Assembly: GCA_044440125.1 (NCBI GenBank)
Contig: JBITAJ010000012.1
Coordinates: 1-64,000, forward strand
DNA: 64,000 nucleotides
From: Sedimentisphaeraceae bacterium JB056
Lineage (GTDB): Bacteria > Planctomycetota > Phycisphaerae > Sedimentisphaerales > Sedimentisphaeraceae
Direction of reading: 5' to 3'
Each line of letters opens with the position of its first letter. The stretch's first letter is position 1. The notes under the pieces were generated by a model. The model was not told the DNA's origin. It searched no databases and saw only the letters and a list, made by a program, of their open reading frames with translations. The position numbers and the translations under genes are program-made. This document shows positions 1-9,516 of this stretch, in pieces.

Positions 1-13
1 TTTGTAATTTTAA

Positions 14-895
14 ATGGAATTTCGTGTTGTGAATATGATTAGAAAAATTTGCTGCTATTTTACTGGAGCATATTTTGTAATTCCTGTTTGTTTGTCGATG
101 ACCAGTATATTGCTATTGTTTTTTATTTATTATGCACATGGGGTCTTGATAATTCAGTATCCTCAATTAACGGAAAATACTGGTTGGTTGATAATACTGT
201 TTCACATATATATGTTTCTGAATATGTTTTTAATAATCGTTTGTTTAATTGTTATTCCCATATTAATATTTACGAAGAAATATAATACAGTAAAGTGTTT
301 TTGGTCAGTTTTGTTGTTTAGCTTGACTCTTATAGGCTTTTTTTATTTTTTGAACGCTGATTATGTAACAATCGCAGCTATAAAGAAAATAGATTCTAAA
401 TTGAATTTTGCTAAATTATTCAAAACTTTTGATAACGAAGCTATGCAGATTCCTATAGGCTCTGGCAAGACTTACACTGCAAGAAATGAGGTTTTACGTT
501 CAGTACTAAATGGTGTGCACCCAGACTACATTGCTTTGCATCGATTATCTGATAACAATTATATTTCTCGGGTTATTTTTATTGATCAGTTTGATACTAT
601 TGCAGGTTATGAATTGATAATGGTTAAGGAGCCTATGGAAGAGGTTAGTCTTGAAACTGTTATGCATAGATCAAAGCCACTTTATAAATTCAGCAAAGGA
701 GTATTGTTGTATAATTTAGATTCAACCTCTATAGTACTGCCTAATGAACAAACTCAAAAGATTAAATTAGGTGGTTTTTTATTGGCTTATTTCTTTATAC
801 TTTGTTTGATTTTAAAGTTATCGAAGAATAAAATGTCCTTTAATTCTCTAAAAAAGAGAGGAAGCCCAAGAAATGAAAGCAAAAAAGAGACCTGA
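14..895 (+). CDS. Hypothetical AT-rich membrane protein, possibly an immunity protein of an upstream Rhs cassette (start may be 35)
   Basis: 293-aa ORF with three N-terminal hydrophobic segments and one C-terminal one. Lies in an Rhs locus and its stop codon falls inside the repeat at 891. Confidence 0.55.
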   Translation: MEFRVVNMIRKICCYFTGAYFVIPVCLSMTSILLLFFIYYAHGVLIIQYPQLTENTGWLIILFHIYMFLNMFLIIVCLIVIPILIFTKKYNTVKCFWSVLLFSLTLIGFFYFLNADYVTIAAIKKIDSKLNFAKLFKTFDNEAMQIPIGSGKTYTARNEVLRSVLNGVHPDYIALHRLSDNNYISRVIFIDQFDTIAGYELIMVKEPMEEVSLETVMHRSKPLYKFSKGVLLYNLDSTSIVLPNEQTQKIKLGGFLLAYFFILCLILKLSKNKMSFNSLKKRGSPRNESKKET

Positions 896-1144
896 CCCCT
901 TTAATTGTGCTCCCTGACCCCTTTAATTGTGCTCCGAACAGTATTGGACCTGACCCCTTTAATTCATGCCGACGTTTTTATCTTCTTTTTTGCCACAAAT
1001 GAAATTATGGCTAAAACCTGCGCATGCGCAAGTTAGGATTTGGTTAGATGTTAGCAAGTAGACTATTAGGATGCATAGCAAATGGGGTGCCGAACAGTAT
1101 TGGACCTGACCCCTTTAATTCATGCTGACCCCTTTAATTCATGC
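882..1144 (+). repeat. Cluster of five CTGACCCCTTTAATT REP-like repeats
   Basis: Core copies start at 892, 914, 950, 1106 and 1125. There is a 22-nt tandem duplication (891-912/913-934) and a 36-nt direct repeat CCGAACAGTATTGGACCTGACCCCTTTAATTCATGC at 934-969 and 1090-1125. Confidence 0.9.
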
Positions 1145-2267
1145 AAACTCTCTTGCCTGGGATTATAACGGTGCTCTGACTTCCAATCTATCCTCTTCGA
1201 TTGTGCGAAATCCTGATGGACAGATTCAGTCAGCGGTTGTAGGCAGTGATTCGATTGCCTGTAAATATACCCCTGATGGAGATATGATACTAAAGACCAT
1301 CTCAGACGGCACAAACTCCGCTACTGAAAAATACATCCTTGATATTACAGGTAAATACCCGGTTGTATTGCTTGTTATAGATACCAGTGATGACAGCATA
1401 ACCAACGAATATTTCTATGCCGACAAAGACCTGCTCGCTCAGGAAACCAGTGGCGAGAAATATTTCTATCTCAAAGATCGCCTCGGCAGTGTTCGGGCTA
1501 TGATTGATGATACCGGTTCTATTGTAAACAGCTATGCATATAAACCTTACGGCAAAGTCTTCGAAAAAACTGAGACAATAGAAAACCGTTTCCAATTTGC
1601 AAGCTATCAGTTAGACGATACAACTGAACTATATTACCTAAACGCAAGATGGTATGACCCAGTAATCCAAAGATTCACCAGCCGTGATCCCGTGCGAGGT
1701 TATTTCAATCAGCCACAAACACTGCATCAGTATTTGTATTGCTTGAATAACCCAGTTAACCGCATTGATCCCGATGGACGATTTGCTACGTGGATGCGAG
1801 CTAAAGAAGCAAGTGTTAAAGTAGGAATTCAAGCTTGGGCTTTTAACAAAATACAGGTGGGTTCAACAATTGCAAACGCTACGCTTTCTGGTACAATTAA
1901 TGCAATGTCTGGACCTTCAAATGTAAATCGTGGTGCCTTGTTTGCTATGGGTTTCATGAGTGGTTTTATAGAATCAACGGCATACTACAAAACAGGTAGC
2001 CTAACATTGGCAACTAGTTTGGGAGGAGCTTTCCAAGCAGGTGCCAACCACGCATTGTCAGAAGAAAATAAAATATCTGTAGAAGGAGCAATGATGATTG
2101 GATTTGGAGCGGGTTTAGGAGCTTTAGAGGGGTTTGGGCTTTCAAAAATCCCAGGTTTAAGTGCAGATACAATAAAGTTTTGGATAACTTCAAGAACTGC
2201 TGATGTTTGGATAAATGCTTTTGATGCTATCGGTGATTTATGTCAGGATATAAATGGTGAAAATTAA
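1122..2267 (+). CDS. Orphan Rhs core-associated fragment with C-terminal putative toxin domain
   Basis: Rhs core motifs YFYLKDRLGSVR, YYLNARWYDP, RFTSRDP and YCLNNPVNRIDPDG (DPDG at 1767-1778), followed by a ~160-aa Gly/Ala-rich hydrophobic tip. It is N-terminally truncated and its ATG is supplied by the repeat. Confidence 0.85.
   Translation: MLTPLIHANSLAWDYNGALTSNLSSSIVRNPDGQIQSAVVGSDSIACKYTPDGDMILKTISDGTNSATEKYILDITGKYPVVLLVIDTSDDSITNEYFYADKDLLAQETSGEKYFYLKDRLGSVRAMIDDTGSIVNSYAYKPYGKVFEKTETIENRFQFASYQLDDTTELYYLNARWYDPVIQRFTSRDPVRGYFNQPQTLHQYLYCLNNPVNRIDPDGRFATWMRAKEASVKVGIQAWAFNKIQVGSTIANATLSGTINAMSGPSNVNRGALFAMGFMSGFIESTAYYKTGSLTLATSLGGAFQAGANHALSEENKISVEGAMMIGFGAGLGALEGFGLSKIPGLSADTIKFWITSRTADVWINAFDAIGDLCQDINGEN
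1144..1279 (+). repeat. 136-bp near-identical direct repeat, copy 1 (copy 2 at 3488-3623)
   Basis: Both copies encode NSLAWDYNGALTSNLSSSIVRNPD[G/A]QIQSAVVGSDSIACKYTPDG. Differences are mostly at third codon positions. Confidence 0.95.
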
Positions 2268-2838
2268 AACTAACAAAGACGAAATAATTAAATCAATATT
2301 TTGTTGGATCTTAACAATATTAACTTCACTAGTAGTGATAATAATTGCTATTTATAACTCAGTGTCGGCGTTTAACAAAGCAAGTACTGAAACAACTGAG
2401 AAAGTTTTATTACTAATAGGTTCTGTGGTGATGTTATACGTTTCAATTAGAGCAATTGAGACATCCTTAGGTTTTATACCCAAATTACATTCAATTATAG
2501 GCTTGTATATAAATATTAACGATAACGAGTTAACTTTTAAGAAAGAGAAAACTAATAGGGAAATTGAAATTAACGAATCAGATATTCTGCTTATTTTCGA
2601 TAATACCAGAATTGCAAGCAAAGATTGTTTGTATATAGTTTTTAGATATAAACAATTAGTTTACGAAGTTCTGTTATTCAAGAAACACTTGACTTATAGT
2701 AGCGTTGATTTTAATGATTTTTTAAGACTAAAATCATATTTTGCAAAAAATGATGAAGACTCAAGAAGATTACTAATAAATCTCTTGGGAGAAAATTTTC
2801 AAGATAATATCGAAGAATTTAATTTTGATAAGTTTTAG
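2254..2838 (+). CDS. Putative Rhs immunity protein (two TM helices)
   Basis: Overlaps the 3' end of the Rhs-CT ORF. It is very AT-rich, 194 aa, with two N-terminal hydrophobic helices. Confidence 0.6.
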   Translation: MVKIKTNKDEIIKSIFCWILTILTSLVVIIIAIYNSVSAFNKASTETTEKVLLLIGSVVMLYVSIRAIETSLGFIPKLHSIIGLYININDNELTFKKEKTNREIEINESDILLIFDNTRIASKDCLYIVFRYKQLVYEVLLFKKHLTYSSVDFNDFLRLKSYFAKNDEDSRRLLINLLGENFQDNIEEFNFDKF

Positions 2839-3487
2839 AAAATTGGACTGGAAATGGCGTATATTAATCTATTTATATAACGTAAAGATTTGTAAATTAT
2901 ATACATGAGATTTAATGGCATAAAAACTCTTGGCACACTTGCTTCTTGTGCAGATCAGGATGGGCAGAAGGTAGCCATTAATGTTTATGATAATCAGACT
3001 ACGCCGCAGGTTGTCTACCAGATGCAGTATAGCTATGATTCTGCAGGCAGACTCACTTTTGTTTATAATGGCAATCCGATAGAATTTACAACCAGCTATC
3101 TTGCCTCTTTGGGCTATGATGATAATGGTAATCGCTCTAATCTTGCGTATTATATAGAAGGAAGTGGGCTTGGTGATACGGTGGCAATCGATTATGACTA
3201 CGGTATGCAGAACAGGCTTACCGGCTACACTGCAACCGGTGTAACATTCAGCCTTGACGCCGATGGAACCGGCGATGTCGATGGGCTTGGAAGACTTACC
3301 GGGGCTACTGAAACAATCGGAGCTAATACCTATGTGTTAGACTATGATTATAACGACAGAAGTAAGCTTACAAACTGGCAGATCAATACAACTACGGGCA
3401 GTTACGGATATGACCTTGCCGGTAATATCACAAGTGACGGCACAGATACCTACAGTTATACAGGCGATTTATTAACCTCTGTTGGTT

Positions 3488-3623
3488 CAAACTCACTTGC
3501 CTGGGATTATAACGGTGCCCTGACTTCCAATCTATCCTCTTCGATTGTGCGAAATCCTGATGCACAGATTCAGTCGGCTGTTGTCGGCAGTGATTCGATT
3601 GCCTGCAAATATACTCCCGATGG
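3488..3623 (+). repeat. 136-bp direct repeat, copy 2
   Basis: Matches 1144-1279 at a constant offset of 2344 bp. Confidence 0.95.
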
Positions 3624-3626
3624 GAG

Positions 3627-3651
3627 AATTAAAGGGGTCAGGTCTCTTTTT
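3627..3651 (-). repeat. Inverted copy of the REP-like repeat
   Basis: AATTAAAGGGGTCAGGTCTCTTTTT is the exact 25-nt reverse complement of 882-906. Confidence 0.92.
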
Positions 3652-3961
3652 CTGAGTAATCGGATAGACTTGACAGTTTTTGCTTTGCTTAAACCTCTGT
3701 CCCAAAGGGTTTTCGCGATAGTCGTATTCCATGAACGAAGATTGTTACATCTCCATTTGAAAATAACTGTTCTGGCAAGCGGGTTAGTGTTGCGGTAAAA
3801 AAATTGACTATATGGTTGTGATTTGTTATCATGATTTGTGGTATGGGAGAAATTTATTTTGCCGCGGGCTTTAACTGGGCTTTCAGATGCGGCGGGATAT
3901 TTTGTTAAATGCCTTTTAATAAAAGCGTTAAACATATTTGTATTTCAGAGGAAAGAGAGAA

Positions 3962-5704
3962 ATGGGAAAACATAACGATCAAACTGCGGGCGTTGATATT
4001 ACTATCGTTTTATGCGGTCAGGCGGGGCAGGGAATCCAAACCGTAGAATCACTTCTTACTAAAACCCTTAAGCTTGCGGGCTATAATGTGTTTGCGACAA
4101 AAGAGTATATGTCGAGGGTCAGAGGAGGATTAAATTCAACATTGATAAGGGTTTGTGACAAACCTGTTGATGCATATTGTCACCGAATTGATATTCTGGC
4201 GGCTCTTGAGGCCGGAGCAGTAGATCATCTTGGCTCGAGGGTCAGTGATGATACCATAATAATCGGCAATGCGGATTCCTTAAAAAGTGAAAACGACAAT
4301 ATAGGCGATAAATATGATATCGCTTTTACAGATATTGCCAAAGATGTCGGCGGCAAAGTGTATTCCAATACAGTAGCTGCCGGAGTAGTGCTTGCCATTC
4401 TTGGGATCGATAAGGAAATTTTTGATAATGAGATCCGGAATTTCTTTGAAGGCAAGGATGAGGACATCATAAATACCAACATTGAAGCTTCAAAGGCCGG
4501 TTACAGGGCATCAGAGAAGGGGTTCGGAGAAAGCAAATACAATCTTGGCAAGAGACAGACCGATGAAAACGCTGATCGGCAATTATTGATTAAAGGCGCT
4601 CAGGCAATCGGTCTTGGCGCAATAGCTGGCGGCTGCAATTTCATATGTTCCTACCCAATGTCTCCTTCAACCGGTGTTCTGGTATTCCTTGCCGGGCAGT
4701 CAAAAGAATTCGGCATACTTGCCGAGCAGGCTGAGGATGAAATATCTGCGATAAACATGGCCATAGGAGCCTGGTATGCGGGAGCAAGGGCGATAGTAAC
4801 GACTTCCGGAGGCGGTTTTGCACTTATGGGAGAGGGACTGAGCCTTGCCGGAATTATTGAAAGCCCCGTGGTTATTCATCTTGCGCAAAGACCGGGACCT
4901 GCAACCGGACTTCCTACGAGAACCGAACAGGGTGATCTTGAGCTTGCACTATATTCAGGACACGGAGAATTTCCAAGAGTGATACTGGCTCCGGGAACTA
5001 TTGAGGAGGGGTTTAAGCTTACGGCAAGGGCGTTCGAAGTTGCTGACAAATGCCAGGTGCCGGTTATAATCCTTACAGACCAGTATTATATGGATTCCTA
5101 CTATAATATAGAGCCGTTTGACACAGAGGGTGTCAATTCTGCTAATCATATCACGGAAACTTCTGCTGATTATAACAGGTATGAATTGACTGATGACGGC
5201 ATATCGCCGCGAGGAATACCCGGCTTGAGAGAGGGCTGCGTATGTGTTGACAGTGATGAACATGATGTCAGCGGGCATATTACCGAGGATTTTGATGTCA
5301 GGGTTCAAATGGTTGACAAGCGGCTGAAAAAACTTGATTTGATTCTGGAGGATTCGTTGCCGCCGGATATTTACGGCTTGGATGATTACAAAAATCTTAT
5401 CGTTTGCTGGGGTTCAACGGTAAACATTGTAAGGGAGGCGGTGGAGAGGCTGGAGGATGAAACTGTTGCAGTGGCTCATTTTATGCAGGTTTATCCTTTG
5501 CCGAAAAACATTTCTGAAATACTCGAAAAGGCAGAAAAAGTAATCGTTGTGGAGAATAATGCGACGGGGCAGTTTGCTAAATTGCTATGGACCCAGACGG
5601 GTATCAAGCCTACAGACAGTATATTGAAGTATGATGGAATCGCATTTGCTGTCGATCAGCTCAGCGGTCAGATAGCCGAGACAATAAAGGGAGAAGACAA
5701 ATGA
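3962..5704 (+). CDS. korA: 2-oxoacid:ferredoxin (acceptor) oxidoreductase, alpha subunit (gamma-alpha fusion)
   Basis: Motifs [44 protein letters not shown] and [12 protein letters not shown] at 3962 follows a purine-rich RBS. Confidence 0.92.
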   Translation: MGKHNDQTAGVDITIVLCGQAGQGIQTVESLLTKTLKLAGYNVFATKEYMSRVRGGLNSTLIRVCDKPVDAYCHRIDILAALEAGAVDHLGSRVSDDTIIIGNADSLKSENDNIGDKYDIAFTDIAKDVGGKVYSNTVAAGVVLAILGIDKEIFDNEIRNFFEGKDEDIINTNIEASKAGYRASEKGFGESKYNLGKRQTDENADRQLLIKGAQAIGLGAIAGGCNFICSYPMSPSTGVLVFLAGQSKEFGILAEQAEDEISAINMAIGAWYAGARAIVTTSGGGFALMGEGLSLAGIIESPVVIHLAQRPGPATGLPTRTEQGDLELALYSGHGEFPRVILAPGTIEEGFKLTARAFEVADKCQVPVIILTDQYYMDSYYNIEPFDTEGVNSANHITETSADYNRYELTDDGISPRGIPGLREGCVCVDSDEHDVSGHITEDFDVRVQMVDKRLKKLDLILEDSLPPDIYGLDDYKNLIVCWGSTVNIVREAVERLEDETVAVAHFMQVYPLPKNISEILEKAEKVIVVENNATGQFAKLLWTQTGIKPTDSILKYDGIAFAVDQLSGQIAETIKGEDK

Positions 5705-6561
5705 GTGATAATAAATTCAACATCGAAGGTATAGATATCGCATGGTGCGGCGGATGCGGCAATTTCGGAATACTTAAAGTACTCAAAGAGACTTTTCAGG
5801 AGATGGAGCTTGACCAGAATAAGCTTGTGATGGTATCTGGTATCGGGCAGGCCGCCAAGATACCGCAGTATGTTAAGTGTAGCTATTTCAATGGTTTGCA
5901 CGGAAGGGCACTGCCTCCGGCAACCGCGATAAAGGCCAGTAACCCAGAACTTACTGTGATTGCTGAAAGCGGTGACGGTGATATGTATGGCGAAGGGGGC
6001 AATCATTTTATTCATGCTATCCGCCGCAATCCGAATATAACAAATATCGTGCATAACAATATGGTTTACGGACTTACCAAAGGGCAGGCATCGCCTACGA
6101 GCCAGAAGGGTTTTACTACACCGGTGCAGGTCGGCGGCGTGATTCTGGAGCCGTTTAATCCGCTTGCGGTTGCGTTATCTCTTGGAGCGGGTTTCATTGC
6201 CAGAACTTTTATCGGCAACAGTGAGCTTACGAAAGAGATATTCAAACAGGCTATAAACTACAATGGTTATGCTTTGGTGGATGTATTTCAACCATGTGTA
6301 ACATTCAATAAGACAAATACTTATCAATGGTATAAGGAAAACACTGTCGAGCTGGATTCTTCTTATGATTCTTCGGATAAGGCCGCGGCATTTGAGCAGG
6401 CCTGCCGTGATGATAAGCTGCCGATAGGTGTTTTCTACAAAGATGAAGATAAAAGACCATTCGAAGAAAACACCGGTATATATGCTGACGATGCTTCTCC
6501 TTTATTTAGAAGAGAAGTGGACAAATCCAAACTGAAAAGCTTGCTAAACAGTTTTGCATGA
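5701..6561 (+). CDS. korB: 2-oxoacid:ferredoxin oxidoreductase, beta (TPP-binding) subunit
   Basis: Motifs [24 protein letters not shown]...[16 protein letters not shown] and QPCVTFN. Translationally coupled to the alpha subunit. Confidence 0.92.
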   Translation: MSDNKFNIEGIDIAWCGGCGNFGILKVLKETFQEMELDQNKLVMVSGIGQAAKIPQYVKCSYFNGLHGRALPPATAIKASNPELTVIAESGDGDMYGEGGNHFIHAIRRNPNITNIVHNNMVYGLTKGQASPTSQKGFTTPVQVGGVILEPFNPLAVALSLGAGFIARTFIGNSELTKEIFKQAINYNGYALVDVFQPCVTFNKTNTYQWYKENTVELDSSYDSSDKAAAFEQACRDDKLPIGVFYKDEDKRPFEENTGIYADDASPLFRREVDKSKLKSLLNSFA

Positions 6562-6678
6562 TGATTTGCACAGCCGTAAGTTTTAATTCCCTACGTTTTT
6601 GGTTATTATTTATTTTGTAACATCGCCTTTGTTCAATATAATAGAGGCCTAATTATATCTATTAATTAAGGGGTATTG

Positions 6679-8565
6679 ATGGTTAAATTGAAGAAAGAGC
6701 TACGGTTAGGTGATGTTTTTTGTCTTGCTTCGGGGGCTATGATCAGTTCTGGGCTGTTTGTCCTTCCCGCAATAATTTATGCTATGGTTGGCCCGGCGGT
6801 AGTGCTTATCTACCTGTTCAGTTCAGTTCTAATCATACCTTCAGTGCTAAGTCAGGCTGAGCTTGCCACCGCAATGCCAAAGGCCGGCGGTACCTACTTT
6901 TATGTAGCACGGTCTCTGGGGCCGGCGTTTGGTTTCTTTACCGGCTTGGCCAACTGGTTCTCGGTTACTGCTAAAAGCGCTTTTGCAGTTGCCGGTATCG
7001 CGGTTTTCTGCAAATATATACTTGAGATGACAGGCTTCCTCTCCGGCAACGATTTCTATTCTCTGCTTATAACCAAGGGTGTTTCGGTGGGATTCTGCAT
7101 CCTCTTTATCATCCTGAATATTTACAGTGTCAAATCAAGCTCGGGATTTCAGATATATCTTGTATGGGGTTTACTGATCATTCTGGTGTTTTTTATTCTC
7201 AGTTCGTTTCGGATGGTTGATTTGAGCAGGTTTCACCCATTTTTTGTACCAGATTTAAGCTTTGGACTTTTCATCAGCGCGACAGCTACGGTATTCGTCA
7301 GTTACGGCGGCCTTGTCAACATAGCGGCGGTGGCTGAGGAGATTAAAGAGCCCAAGCGCACATTGCCTTTGGGTATGTTTCTGGCATGGTTCATTATATC
7401 CGGGCTTTATTTTATCGTTATCGCGGCGGCTGTAGCGGTAGTACCTGCCGAAGAATTGGCGTCAAGCTTGATGCCAATATCGACAGCGGCAATGCGAACG
7501 ACTTCGTTGGTGGGTTTTTTGCTGGTATCTTTGGCCGCGATGCTTGCTTTCATAACGACGGGTAATGCGGGACTTATGGCTGCGTCGAGATCGCCTTTGG
7601 CAATGAGCCGTGACAAATTGCTGCCGCCGATTTTTTCCAAAATAAGCCATAAATACCAGACCCCTTATGTCGGCATACTGACTACCGGCTCGTTTATGCT
7701 TATATCACTTATACTTCTCGACCTCGAAACACTCGTCAAAACGGCTTCTTGTCTGATGCTGATGCTGTATTTGCTTGTGAACGTGTCGGTTGTAATAATG
7801 AGAGAAAGCCGGATACTTTCCTATCGCCCGACTTTCAAAAGCCCGTTTTATCCGTATATTCAGATTGCTGCGGTAATAATATATACACTTCTTATGGCTA
7901 CTCTGGGACTGGTGCCGGTGGCAATATCGCTGTGCGTGATGCTCTTTTCGTTTTGTTGGTTCCTGCTTTATCTTTCAAAGAGAGTTGGCAAAAACGCCGC
8001 TCTTATGCATATAGTGGACAGGATTACAGATAAGGCCATCAAAACCATTCATTTGGAAAACGAGCTTCGCGATATTCTTATCGAACGCGACAGCATTACA
8101 GAAGACAGGTTTGACGGTTTGATAAAAGACTGTCCGATACTCGACCTCGAAGACGACTGCAGCTTCGAGCAGGCTTTCAAAAGAATATCCGAAAGAGTAA
8201 GCGAGACAATAGGTTACGACCGCGAGTTGTTCTACAAAAAACTTTGTGCTCGTGAGGCCCAAGGGTCGACAGTAATAATGCCCGGCCTTGCCATTCCTCA
8301 TGTTATTATAGAAGGCGATGGCATTTTTGAGGTGATGATGGTGCGTTCTAAGGCGGGTATAAAGTTTCCACATTCCGAGGGATTAGTAAATTGCATATTT
8401 GTGCTTACCGGTACGCTTGATGAACGTAATTATCATCTTAGAGCTCTGATGGCAATAGCACAAATTGCTCAGGGGCAAGACTTTAAAGATGATTGGCTTA
8501 ATGCTTCTGATATCGAAGTACTCAGGAATGTTATTTTGCTTGCAAACAGGAAAAGAGAATCTTAA
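6679..8565 (+). CDS. APC-family amino acid permease with C-terminal PTS EIIA (Ntr/Fru-type) domain
   Basis: GAMISSGLF, AELATAMPKAGG and AEEIKEPKR motifs with ~12 TM helices. The C-terminus has REAQGSTVIMPGLAIPH...HLRALMAIA. Confidence 0.88.
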   Translation: MVKLKKELRLGDVFCLASGAMISSGLFVLPAIIYAMVGPAVVLIYLFSSVLIIPSVLSQAELATAMPKAGGTYFYVARSLGPAFGFFTGLANWFSVTAKSAFAVAGIAVFCKYILEMTGFLSGNDFYSLLITKGVSVGFCILFIILNIYSVKSSSGFQIYLVWGLLIILVFFILSSFRMVDLSRFHPFFVPDLSFGLFISATATVFVSYGGLVNIAAVAEEIKEPKRTLPLGMFLAWFIISGLYFIVIAAAVAVVPAEELASSLMPISTAAMRTTSLVGFLLVSLAAMLAFITTGNAGLMAASRSPLAMSRDKLLPPIFSKISHKYQTPYVGILTTGSFMLISLILLDLETLVKTASCLMLMLYLLVNVSVVIMRESRILSYRPTFKSPFYPYIQIAAVIIYTLLMATLGLVPVAISLCVMLFSFCWFLLYLSKRVGKNAALMHIVDRITDKAIKTIHLENELRDILIERDSITEDRFDGLIKDCPILDLEDDCSFEQAFKRISERVSETIGYDRELFYKKLCAREAQGSTVIMPGLAIPHVIIEGDGIFEVMMVRSKAGIKFPHSEGLVNCIFVLTGTLDERNYHLRALMAIAQIAQGQDFKDDWLNASDIEVLRNVILLANRKRES

Positions 8566-8667
8566 AGAGATTGTCAGGATTAATGCTTGATTGACTGATA
8601 GTTTTAATTATCATTTTCTCAGATAAAAGAAACGCCTGTAAATGAAGTTAAATATTGCAAGAGTAAC

Positions 8668-9180
8668 ATGGAAAACGTATCCCCATCGAGTATATTGAAC
8701 CCTGACAAAGACGAATATTACATGCTTGAAGCCATAAAACTGGCTACAAGGGCAGAAGATGACGGCGATGTTCCGATTGGGGCGTGTATTGTTTATGGCG
8801 AAAGAATCATTGCTCGGGCTTGGAATCAGCGGGAGCTTCTGCAGGACCCGACCGCTCATGCCGAGATGATAGCACTTACTCAGGCTTCCGAGCATATTGG
8901 AAGCTGGCGGCTGCACGGCTGTACGATGTATGTTACGCTTGAGCCGTGTTCGATGTGTGCCGGGGCGATGGTGCTTGCACGGATGGATCGGCTTGTTTAC
9001 GGCTGCCGTGATCCCAAGACCGGGGCGGTTGGTTCGCTTTATAATATAGTGCAGGATGATAGGCTCAATCATCGATTAGAGGTCAGGGAGGGCGTTTTGG
9101 CGGAGCCTTGTTCTTTGATGCTCTCTGATTTTTTCAGGAGAAGAAGAGAGCAGAAGGCGCGTGAAAATAAAGACAATTAA
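8668..9180 (+). CDS. tadA: tRNA adenosine(34) deaminase
   Basis: Motifs VPIGA, DPTAHAEM, YVTLEPCSMCAGAM, DPKTGA, LNHR and LSDFFRRRR. Confidence 0.95.
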   Translation: MENVSPSSILNPDKDEYYMLEAIKLATRAEDDGDVPIGACIVYGERIIARAWNQRELLQDPTAHAEMIALTQASEHIGSWRLHGCTMYVTLEPCSMCAGAMVLARMDRLVYGCRDPKTGAVGSLYNIVQDDRLNHRLEVREGVLAEPCSLMLSDFFRRRREQKARENKDN

Positions 9181-9208
9181 TATATTGTGGGCAGCAGTAA
9201 TTTGCCGC

Positions 9209-9236
9209 TTGCAAAAAGGGGGGCGTTTTGTATAAT
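9209..9236 (+). promoter_or_regulatory. Sigma70-type promoter of tRNA-Ser
   Basis: TTGCAA-N16-TATAAT followed by a GC-rich discriminator, 23 nt upstream of the tRNA. Confidence 0.75.
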
Positions 9237-9259
9237 TGCCACCCTGTATTTTACCTCGT

Positions 9260-9349
9260 GGAGAGGTGTCCGAGTGGCTGAAGGTGCACCCTTGGAAAGG
9301 GTGTGTGCGGTTCATAGCCGCACCGGGGGTTCGAATCCCCCTCTCTCCG
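9260..9349 (+). tRNA. tRNA-Ser (anticodon GGA), CCA not encoded
   Basis: Acceptor stem GGAGAGG/TCTCTCC, anticodon arm CACCC-TTGGAAA-GGGTG, long variable arm, T arm GGGGG-TTCGAAT-CCCCC, discriminator G. Confidence 0.97.
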
Positions 9350-9361
9350 TTAAGCAAAACA

Positions 9362-9415
9362 AAAAGGCTGCAAGTTCATGATTTACAAGAACTTGCAGCC
9401 TTTTCTCGTTTTTTT
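9362..9415 (+). terminator. Intrinsic (probably bidirectional) terminator after tRNA-Ser
   Basis: Perfect 16-bp stem AAAAGGCTGCAAGTTC (9362-9377) / GAACTTGCAGCCTTTT (9389-9404), followed by a T tract. Confidence 0.85.
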
Positions 9416-9516
9416 ACTTCCCCTATGCTCTCAAAATACCTTTGAAATAGCGTGCTTTACGTGCCAGAAAACCTTGTTTCTAATCTATTACTGTGTATGA
9501 AGCATCATATAGAGTA

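Larger units (their letters stand above)
2905..3798 (+). pseudogene. Rhs/YD-repeat core fragment truncated at 3623; the rest of the ORF is read-through into repeat and intergenic DNA
   Basis: YD repeats (YSYDSAGRL, GYDDNGNR, YGYDLAGNI). Rhs similarity stops at 3623, immediately before the inverted repeat copy. Confidence 0.75.

Noticed and set aside
891..1144. Possible CRISPR array (36-bp direct repeats)
   Set aside because: Only two 36-bp copies with a 120-bp gap, irregular tandem duplications and no cas genes.
882..3651. Autonomous IS or transposon defined by 25-bp inverted repeats
   Set aside because: No transposase inside and no target-site duplication that I could identify. Kept only as a repeat-bounded cassette.
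3570..3935. 121-aa minus-strand ORF and the C-terminal tail of 2905..3798
   Set aside because: These run through the repeat and the korA upstream region and have no protein-like features.
9076..9445. Short ORFs 9076-9357(-), 9187-9381(+) and 9236-9445(+)
   Set aside because: They overlap tRNA-Ser and its terminator and are spurious translations.
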